A DNA stretch of 64,000 nucleotides from a virus, in IMG/VR virus record IMGVR_UViG_3300036772_000557, positions 1 through 64,000 of that record, one strand, 5' to 3'. Under the pieces are notes generated by a model. That model did not search any database and had not been told where the DNA came from. It worked only from the letters and a program-made list of their open reading frames with translations. Below, piece by piece: positions 57,238 through 64,000 of the stretch. The translations under genes were made by a program, and so were the position numbers. Position 1 is the first letter of the stretch. The number at the start of each line of letters is the position of its first letter.

Positions 57238-58466
57238 GGCAAAAGTTCCCGCACCACTGTCCGAGCGTCCGCGAACGGCTCCACCTTGACGACGTGCGCC
57301 GCGCGGTACCGTAGTCGCTCGCGGTCGATCAGATCGCCCCGGAATGTGTCGTATGGCTCCAGCTCGCCGTCGCCGCGCCGTGAGAGGTAATTGCCGTCGA
57401 CCCCATCGCAGACTGGCATCGCGCGGCAAGAGCCGCATTTCTTCGCCGTGAAGACCTTGCCGGCGCCGCGGGCCGCGATAATGTCCGGCCGTTTATCGGT
57501 TGGGTCGGGCATCGTCATGTTCACTTTGAGTGGATAATGCGTCTCGTGATCCCGCAGCGGCAGCCGCCGGCCCATCACCTCGGGATCGGCCGCACCGGGC
57601 TTCGCCATGTGGTCGATCGCGTTCATCCACTCGTGCGGGTCGTGGCGCACGCCGACGACGCCCACGAGGTTTCGCTCGAGCCCCCGCATCGTGCACAGCG
57701 GCGCGTAGCGGACGTTGACGGCGATGCCGGCGGCCTCGAGGATGTCGCGGGCTTCAATCAGATAGGGTCGCACCTCGCTGTAATGCGCTTGCACCTCTGT
57801 CGCCTTGCCGCCAGGTCGCGACCAGGCGTGGTAGGCGTTCATTATGATAAAATTCGCGATGTAGACGCGGTGCGCGGCGATCTCGCGCGCGATCTGCGGC
57901 AGCAATCGAAAGTTCTCTTCGCACACCGTCGTGTTGGTGCCGTAGTCGAACCCGGCGTCGAGATCGGCCATCGCCGCCAGCAATTGCCGCCAAGAGCCGC
58001 CGGTGATCGATGAGAATCGCTCCTCGTCGACGGCATGAATCGACAGCAGGAAATCGGCCACGCCGGCGTCAAGTAGGCCAGCGAGCAGCGTCGGATACCC
58101 CGCCGCTGATTTCATCTTTCGCTTCAGGTATTGCCCGAGCGTGATGATGCGCGGCGCGAGGCCGACCTTGCGGGCGTGCACGACGAGCTCAACGATCCCC
58201 GGGTGGAGACACGGCTCGCCGCCGGTGACGTCGAAGCCGAGGAAGCCGTTGGCGTTGAGGGACGAAGCGAGCCGCTTGATATGGTCGGTCGAGTGGAACT
58301 CGGCCGTGCGCATCCCGGCGAACTGATCAGCCTCATCATTCAACCAGGAGTAGTAGCACCACTGACAGCTATGGACGCACTTCAGGCCGACATCCACGAC
58401 GCCCCACCGCGACAGGCGGCCGGGTTCGTGGAGATGGACTCCAACGAGAGCCTCTTTGGAATCCAT
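57234..58466 (-). CDS. radical SAM enzyme with C-terminal Cys cluster
   Basis: CVHSCQWC (CxxxCxxC), VTGGEP, C-terminal CGSCRAMPVCDG. Confidence 0.9.
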   Translation of the reverse strand: MDSKEALVGVHLHEPGRLSRWGVVDVGLKCVHSCQWCYYSWLNDEADQFAGMRTAEFHSTDHIKRLASSLNANGFLGFDVTGGEPCLHPGIVELVVHARKVGLAPRIITLGQYLKRKMKSAAGYPTLLAGLLDAGVADFLLSIHAVDEERFSSITGGSWRQLLAAMADLDAGFDYGTNTTVCEENFRLLPQIAREIAAHRVYIANFIIMNAYHAWSRPGGKATEVQAHYSEVRPYLIEARDILEAAGIAVNVRYAPLCTMRGLERNLVGVVGVRHDPHEWMNAIDHMAKPGAADPEVMGRRLPLRDHETHYPLKVNMTMPDPTDKRPDIIAARGAGKVFTAKKCGSCRAMPVCDGVDGNYLSRRGDGELEPYDTFRGDLIDRERLRYRAAHVVKVEPFADARTVVRELLP

Positions 58467-58535
58467 TCGATCTCCCTTGGCAAGGAAAAGCCGGCGGAGC
58501 GATAGCCCCGCCGTAGTCGGCTGCTTGAATATACC

Positions 58536-58928
58536 TTACGGCAGAGTCAGAACTGCAAATTGGACGTTGGTCGAGGTCGGGTTCAAGTAGAGCCCAGCCG
58601 GGGAAGTGTTGTTCCAGCCGGCTGGCGTCGTCTGAAATGGCCCAAAGCAGGAAGTCTTCTGCGCAAGGATCGCATAGTTCGTGATGTCGCCGGTGCGGCC
58701 CTGAGCGTCCGCCACCGAGATGATCGACAAGGTGAAGGTAGTGGTGGCGTGCGCATTAAACGCGAGCACCACGGTCTTGCCGCTGACGATCGGGACAACG
58801 TTCTCGTTGCCGCTGTCGCCAGCGGTGAAAACGAGGTCAGCCGAAGTCGCAGTAATCGGCAGGGCCGGGAAATAGGAAGCGCCACTGGCGAGCGGCAGGA
58901 CTTGGGGGGTCAAAGCAGTGCGAGCCAT
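58536..58928 (-). CDS. small virion (tail-associated) protein
   Basis: MARTALTPQ...beta-rich...FGPF; GAGGAGG RBS; after tail tube. Confidence 0.6.
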   Translation of the reverse strand: MARTALTPQVLPLASGASYFPALPITATSADLVFTAGDSGNENVVPIVSGKTVVLAFNAHATTTFTLSIISVADAQGRTGDITNYAILAQKTSCFGPFQTTPAGWNNTSPAGLYLNPTSTNVQFAVLTLP

Positions 58929-58982
58929 GAAATAGCCTCCTCAGAAAATAACGACAGTTGGAAATGGGCAGGTTGGTAGGGT

Positions 58983-59993
58983 TTAGGTGCTGCGCTCGAT
59001 GATCACCATCGTTGCGGCATTCGGCCCGCCCGAGAGGTCGATACCGACGCGGGCATCCGGAACCTGAACGTTCCTGGTCAAAGGGCCGCCATCACGCTTC
59101 ATCTCGGATTTGGTCGCTTGGCCCAAGGTCAGGTTGGGGATCGTGAACTTGAGGACTCCGGTTCCGGGCGACGGCTCCGTAACGGTGCAGCTCAGGGCCA
59201 GCGGCGTTTCGTTGATGAAATCGTTGAAGGCCACTAGGCTCGATTCCATGATCGTGAAGCCCGGAACCGAGACCTTCATCACGCCGTCGAATACGTCCGG
59301 CGAGACCTTGGATCCAGCCACCGCAGGCGCTACAGCGCCGAGATCGACGGTCATCTGGAAAGAGGTAATGTCGGCCTGCAAGACTGGCGTCCCGGGCAAG
59401 GGCCCGTTACCTAGGCTTATCGACATATCGATCGCCGCCAGCGGCGTGAAGCTGTTATTGGCATAGCTCGGGCTGCTGAAATTGAACGCCGCCCCGGTCG
59501 TGCTCGTCGCTACGCCGGTCCCCATCCACGACGGTGTCGTGATAAACATGCCGTTCGGTTGGGCGTTAAACTCGAATTTCGTCCAGACGCAATCCTGGTA
59601 GACCTGGGAAATGCCGAGATCGAGCTCGACCTCTTCGATCGTGAAGTACCGGCGCACCAGCGCGCCGGCTGGCGGGTTGGTCAGAATATGACCGCCCAGC
59701 GAGCCGCCGCCCGTCCAGGTGCCGCGCATGACCGCCTCGAATATGGAGTCGTAATTCCCCATATTCAGCTCACCTGGGTACTGGCCCGCAGTGGCGAATG
59801 TGCCGCCCCGACCGCGCAGCGACATGCCGTCCTGACGGACCAGGATCGAGTTGATAGGCGTCTGCGTGACGTTGCCCGTCCCGCCGGATAAAGTGATGAA
59901 ATTCGCGCCGGCGCCGGTGGCAAGTGTCCCTAAGCCGGATTGGGCTTTGAAGGCTGCATAGGCGTTCCATTGCCGCTGAAGTGAAAGAGCCAT
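58983..59993 (-). CDS. major tail tube protein
   Basis: AFKAQSGLG...EAVMRGTW...RRYFTIEE.E.D...S..Y.DC pattern; after tail terminator. Confidence 0.8.
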   Translation of the reverse strand: MALSLQRQWNAYAAFKAQSGLGTLATGAGANFITLSGGTGNVTQTPINSILVRQDGMSLRGRGGTFATAGQYPGELNMGNYDSIFEAVMRGTWTGGGSLGGHILTNPPAGALVRRYFTIEEVELDLGISQVYQDCVWTKFEFNAQPNGMFITTPSWMGTGVATSTTGAAFNFSSPSYANNSFTPLAAIDMSISLGNGPLPGTPVLQADITSFQMTVDLGAVAPAVAGSKVSPDVFDGVMKVSVPGFTIMESSLVAFNDFINETPLALSCTVTEPSPGTGVLKFTIPNLTLGQATKSEMKRDGGPLTRNVQVPDARVGIDLSGGPNAATMVIIERST

Positions 59994-60050
59994 AAGTATT
60001 CTCCGCCGTGATTATTCGTGTCGGTCAATAAAAAAGGCCCGCACAGGCCC

Positions 60051-60524
60051 TTAACTGCGATAAAAGAATTCATAGGGTACAGTGACGGTGCGGACGAAGC
60101 GGTTCGCCGCCTCGACTGCGGCGACATTGTCGTCGGTGCGTGCAGGATACGTCGTGAGCCGCTCCCACAAGCTCGTGTCGAGCATGATGGTCTTCTGGTT
60201 CAGCCCGGCCTCGATCGCGTCTACGTGCGCGTCCAGATCCACGGTGCCGATGCCTTGCGGGTAGATGCAGTGGATTTGGAGCAGTCCGTTGCGGCGCGCC
60301 TGGCGGTTGCCTTCGCCGCCGATCGCGGTGAGCGGGGTGCCGTGGATCACCCTCGCGTAGATGCACGGCAGCGGCGATCCGTCAGGGTTTACGGGCAGGT
60401 TGCCGTTGGAGAAATCAAGGTTCAGACCGGGCGGCCACGGCTCGTTGGGCCAGCGGATCGGCCAGTCGGTGACGATGCCTTCGAGCGCGCTGCGCAGCTC
60501 CGACTCGATAATCGTGACGGTCAC
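60051..60524 (-). CDS. tail terminator / completion protein
   Basis: IRWPNE...IGGEGNRQARRNGLLQIH..YPQG.G...VTVPY. Confidence 0.7.
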   Translation of the reverse strand: MTVTIIESELRSALEGIVTDWPIRWPNEPWPPGLNLDFSNGNLPVNPDGSPLPCIYARVIHGTPLTAIGGEGNRQARRNGLLQIHCIYPQGIGTVDLDAHVDAIEAGLNQKTIMLDTSLWERLTTYPARTDDNVAAVEAANRFVRTVTVPYEFFYRS

Positions 60525-60539
60525 TGCGATGCTCCATAA

Positions 60540-60809
60540 TCAGCGCCGGGTGCGCATCTCCGCGGCGATAGCTTCGAGTTTCGCGTTGGTTGTCGCCGCG
60601 GTACGATTGATCGCGCCGAGTGCGCCGGCCGTCGCGATGCGGGTCGTTTGAATCTCGTCGGCGATATTGCGCAGATGGCTCAGCTGTCGAGCGGCAGAGA
60701 TCTCTTCGTGCATTTCTTCGAGGTGAGAGTTCAGAACGTAGATCAGGCCGGCAAAGCCGAAGCTGACGACAATCAACAATGCCACGTCCAGTGCAGCCGC
60801 TAGCGTCAT
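60540..60809 (-). CDS. TM + coiled-coil hypothetical protein
   Basis: VALLIVVSFGFAGLIYVL; ATGA-coupled. Confidence 0.5.
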   Translation of the reverse strand: MTLAAALDVALLIVVSFGFAGLIYVLNSHLEEMHEEISAARQLSHLRNIADEIQTTRIATAGALGAINRTAATTNAKLEAIAAEMRTRR

Positions 60810-61423
60810 CTCGATGCCCTCACTGAAATGCTCGGGAACGCATAGGTGGCTTTGACCGGCCACGGGATCGGCACGGGCACCTCCCCCTCACTGACATAGG
60901 AGAACGTGATCGCCGCGTCGGGGAAGCGCTCGCGCGCGGCCATGGCCGTCAATTCGTAGACGCCGTCTGGCGCCTGGACCGAAAGGCCATGCTCGATCTT
61001 GCGCGCATAGGGTCTGGCGTTGACGAAGACGCATTCCGCATTCGCGCGGATTTGCATCGCCTCGGCGGCTTCAGGCACGTCGACCCAAACGCCGTCGACG
61101 ATCAGCCAGTGAACCTGGAAATAGTGAGGCTGACCGCGCTCGGGGCCGATCGGCGAGTGCGTGACGAGCTCGTGCCAGATCCAATCGAGGATCGGGCCGA
61201 GGTCGAGAAAGATAAAGCGAATGTTGCCGAACGGCCGGACGCTATCGAGCGGCGCTCCAGGGCGCCCGTCGACCAGCGTTCTCGACGGCGGACCTTGCTT
61301 GGCCTGCAGCGCGGCGAGTTGTTGCCGCGCCAGGTTCGCTGTGAGGCGCGGGACGTCCTGCTCGCGCAGGCGTGTGACGAGCGCGGTGGCCTGCGCGGTG
61401 GTGATCGGGCGGCTTGCTCGCAT
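60806..61423 (-). CDS. neck / tail completion protein (HK97 gp10-like)
   Basis: VDGRPGAPL.SVRP...HSP...NARPYARKIEHGLSVQAPDGVYE. Confidence 0.7.
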   Translation of the reverse strand: MRASRPITTAQATALVTRLREQDVPRLTANLARQQLAALQAKQGPPSRTLVDGRPGAPLDSVRPFGNIRFIFLDLGPILDWIWHELVTHSPIGPERGQPHYFQVHWLIVDGVWVDVPEAAEAMQIRANAECVFVNARPYARKIEHGLSVQAPDGVYELTAMAARERFPDAAITFSYVSEGEVPVPIPWPVKATYAFPSISVRASR

Positions 61424-61469
61424 CTGCAAACCCGCCCGGAATTATGCAAAGTCTATGCGCGATGGGGGG

Positions 61470-61499
61470 TAGGCCCGGTTAGGCCCGGTTAGGCCCGGT
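61470..61499. repeat. 3x10-bp tandem repeat
   Basis: (TAGGCCCGGT)x3 in intergenic DNA. Confidence 0.9.
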
Positions 61500-61511
61500 A
61501 AGTGCCGACGC

Positions 61512-61703
61512 TCACGATTTCGGCCCCGTGACAATCACCCCGCCGCTAACGCGAGGATCAGGATAAGCAACCTCAAGAGCTTCGATCAGCCCATAGGCCG
61601 TGGCACAGCACGGACACCCTGGCGCGTTATTGTGGCCCCAGGCCTTCATTTTGTCCCGGATTAACTTTATAACACGGGCCTTATCCATCGGTTCGGTCGG
61701 CAT
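61512..61703 (-). CDS. hypothetical protein
   Basis: GAGGGG RBS; co-directional. Confidence 0.45.
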   Translation of the reverse strand: MPTEPMDKARVIKLIRDKMKAWGHNNAPGCPCCATAYGLIEALEVAYPDPRVSGGVIVTGPKS

Positions 61704-61722
61704 TATCTGTCGCGCCCCTCTC

Positions 61723-62097
61723 TTAGCCTCTGACCAAAAGATTGATCCTCACGACTTGCTCGCTGATTTTCAGCACATCCACGCCCTGCACATTCCGCTG
61801 AAACCCGGCGTAGCTGACCTTGTCGGTTGCGCGCGGTGCCGTGCCGAGGCGCTGTGCGAGAGAAGGGATCGAGTCGCCCTCGATGGCGATATTTGAATCG
61901 CCTTGCATAAGACTGCCGCCCGGGATGATTTCCTGTGGTCGGTAATTGCGCACGAAGCCGGGGCATGAAGCCGAGACGGTGGTCGGCGGCGTCGTCCTGA
62001 CGTCGATGATCCGCGTAAAGGTGATTGTGGTTCCGTTGCCGCCGAGCCCGGGATCGATAAAGGCATTCGTGAGCTCGATCGCGTCGCTCGGATCCAT
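61723..62097 (-). CDS. head-closure (head-tail joining) protein
   Basis: VRNYRPQEII..G.LMQGD...P...DKV...RINLLVRG. Confidence 0.75.
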   Translation of the reverse strand: MDPSDAIELTNAFIDPGLGGNGTTITFTRIIDVRTTPPTTVSASCPGFVRNYRPQEIIPGGSLMQGDSNIAIEGDSIPSLAQRLGTAPRATDKVSYAGFQRNVQGVDVLKISEQVVRINLLVRG

Positions 62098-62113
62098 GAG
62101 GCGCTACCTACGA

Positions 62114-62467
62114 TTATTGGGTCGCGACGATGCTAACCATTTGTGTAGTGTCGCCATCGGCTCCGAGACCCGGCCCATCCGGATTGACGATCACATTATT
62201 TCCGGAGAGCGCAAACGTCGAGGAATCGTCAGAAAATGGTGTCGTGAAGGCAATCGTTCCCGTGAACGGTGCCCCGTTCGACCAAGTCACATTGACTGCG
62301 CTGACCACCGTGCTTCCAGACGCATCAGACGAGAGCGACGGCGTCGGTGGATCGAAGGTTATGACCAGCTGGGGCACGTGATGCAGGATTACGTTCCCCA
62401 TGACATTTATGGCCAGCATCATCGCCGTCGAAATGGCGAATAGGAACCAAAACAGCCGCTGATTCAC
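62114..62467 (-). CDS. N-terminal hydrophobic segment + cadherin-like domain
   Basis: GTG start (GTGA overlap); C-domain strongly similar to C-terminus of 33428-34186. Confidence 0.65.
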   Translation of the reverse strand: MNQRLFWFLFAISTAMMLAINVMGNVILHHVPQLVITFDPPTPSLSSDASGSTVVSAVNVTWSNGAPFTGTIAFTTPFSDDSSTFALSGNNVIVNPDGPGLGADGDTTQMVSIVATQ

Positions 62468-63453
62468 TGCACGAACACGGTAAGGACACCGACAGCGCTC
62501 CCGGCGGCCCAATTGCCCCCGGTCGAGATAAGGCCCAGCCGATCCCCGGCCGCGAGCGATGTAGTCGTGACCGTTAACAGCTGTTCCGTCGCCGCGGTGC
62601 CGTTTGCGTCGAACGAGCCGGAATGAAGGACGGTGCCAGAACTGAGAGCCGTTCCGCTCGCGGCCTTGACGATAGAAATGGTGCCAGCGGCCCCTATGGG
62701 GACCTCGACAGTCCCGCGAATTGCCACGATCGTCATCGCCTGTCGTATATCCGCGAATGGCGTATTGCCTGGATCTAGCCCCGCCTGATAACTGATTGAT
62801 AGGGGGATCGTTTGCTCAACCAAAGAGGGGCCGCCGATGGGCGTTCCGCCGAGGAGAATTCCGGAGATCGGCGCGACCCGGCGCCGTAGGTCGAGATCGC
62901 GTTGCGTTTCGGGCAGCAACATGGCCACAGAATACGTGCGCGACCCTATGCCCGCAGCGCTCTCGCTCGACACGCCGATGCGCGTGCGCTGCCGATATTT
63001 CTGCGCGACCAACTCGATGCAGGCCTGCTCGATGTCGGCCGGGGCCGTGGTATAGCCAGCAGTGTACGAGAACGAGACGCAGAGCGGGAGGAGCGGGACG
63101 GAAACGCCGTAAAACACCAGCTTGTCGGCGAGCGCCGCATAGCCGACTGAAAACGCCGCGGTCATCGGCAAGGTGAGCGGTGGAATCGCCTGGCCCGCGA
63201 CGCTGACCGCACTCACCGCAGAGACCGGCCGCGCCGCGAACACGTAGGTCGGGTTGCGGATGTAGAGCCCGACCCCATCGCGATATTCGGTGTAATTGGC
63301 GGCCAGGAAATTATCGCTGCAGTAATTGATTATCCACTGCGTCGCGCCGGTGATGAGCTTGTCGATCTCGGCAACGTCGAAGCTGTTGGCGTTCGCGCTC
63401 GTCTGCAGGTAGGCGATGACTGCGTCGGACGTCGTGAAGTCGCCAGCCGCCAT
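62464..63453 (-). CDS. head-tail connector (gp6/gp15-like) with extra C-terminal domain
   Basis: LITGATQWIINYC...YTE.RDG...RPVSAVS.V...YTAGYTTAPADIEQACIELVA. Confidence 0.85.
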   Translation of the reverse strand: MAAGDFTTSDAVIAYLQTSANANSFDVAEIDKLITGATQWIINYCSDNFLAANYTEYRDGVGLYIRNPTYVFAARPVSAVSAVSVAGQAIPPLTLPMTAAFSVGYAALADKLVFYGVSVPLLPLCVSFSYTAGYTTAPADIEQACIELVAQKYRQRTRIGVSSESAAGIGSRTYSVAMLLPETQRDLDLRRRVAPISGILLGGTPIGGPSLVEQTIPLSISYQAGLDPGNTPFADIRQAMTIVAIRGTVEVPIGAAGTISIVKAASGTALSSGTVLHSGSFDANGTAATEQLLTVTTTSLAAGDRLGLISTGGNWAAGSAVGVLTVFVQ

Positions 63454-63541
63454 GATCGCCTCTTAAAAATAACCGCCCCCTAGCTCTCCGCGTTGAGCTG
63501 GGGGCGGTTCTCGCCAGGTTATTCGCGGCCCGGCGAAACCT

Positions 63542-64000
63542 CTATTCGTCCCCGCTCTCGCGCTTGGTGCGCCGGCTCTTCGAGCCAGAGGACGCATTGT
63601 CCTCGAGGACCGGCGCCGGCGGCTCGCTCGGATCAGGTGGCGGTGCCGGAGGCGGCATGAAGTCCGCCATGGACAGAACCGACACGCCTTGATGCACGCC
63701 GACGACGTCCGCCACGCCTTCGGACGGGAACGCCATGACGTGCTGCAGTTCCCCGTTGGGCATCGTCGTCTCTTCGGAATGATATTCGACACCATCGAAC
63801 GATAGCGAGAACGGGCCGTCTGTGTGCACCAGCGGCATCGTTTGGCCGGATAGTTCACGGCGTTTGACGAATCCTGGCAAGGCAAAGCCTCCTTTGTGCA
63901 AAAACTCGGCGGCTGCGGCCGGCGTCACGTTGACTAGCCAGCGGTCGCCCGGGGCGGCGCGGTAAGGCTCGAAGCTGCGGTCGTGCGAACAAATCGGGAA
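63542..64000 (-). CDS. hypothetical head-associated protein (5' end outside window)
   Basis: Frame stays open to position 64000; acidic/Pro-rich C-terminus. Confidence 0.55.
   Translation of the reverse strand, partial: FPICSHDRSFEPYRAAPGDRWLVNVTPAAAAEFLHKGGFALPGFVKRRELSGQTMPLVHTDGPFSLSFDGVEYHSEETTMPNGELQHVMAFPSEGVADVVGVHQGVSVLSMADFMPPPAPPPDPSEPPAPVLEDNASSGSKSRRTKRESGDE

Overview
This window is about 64 kb of a temperate, long-tailed (siphovirus-like) phage genome of a high-GC alphaproteobacterial host. It appears to be the excised form, since an intact attP containing the 3' half of tRNA-Thr(GGT) lies at ~25.25-25.30 kb with phage genes on both sides. Head, portal and terminase genes lie outside the window. 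Layout: (1) 0-6 kb accessory island driven by two back-to-back identical sigma70 promoters. The rightward transcript starts with a type III hammerhead ribozyme overlapping the first RBS. It then runs through an array of short genes separated by six copies of a ~30-nt hairpin-forming repeat, with three more degenerate hammerhead-core RBS units and a CCA-ended tRNA-like RNA. (2) 6-15 kb leftward operon: cro, CII-like, GapR, HNH inserted into ruvC, replication initiator/loader, HU, GH13 alpha-amylase, beta-propeller. (3) cI/cro switch with five TGGGA-N4-TCCCA-type operators. (4) 16.8-27.7 kb rightward early operon: HNHs, RecE-like exonuclease, AAA recombinase, xis, integrase, attP, then a second repeat-joined mini-gene array whose junctions append AA/VA C-termini. 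(5) 27.7-64 kb leftward late operon: head-tail joining, tail tube, radical SAM + double glycosyltransferase + HExxE protein, tail chaperones with a likely -1 frameshift, a 2882-aa tape measure with a lysozyme domain, tail fibres, several virion-like proteins with Sec-type signal peptides, and a lysis module. All product calls come from motif recognition by eye; no database searches or folding computations were run.
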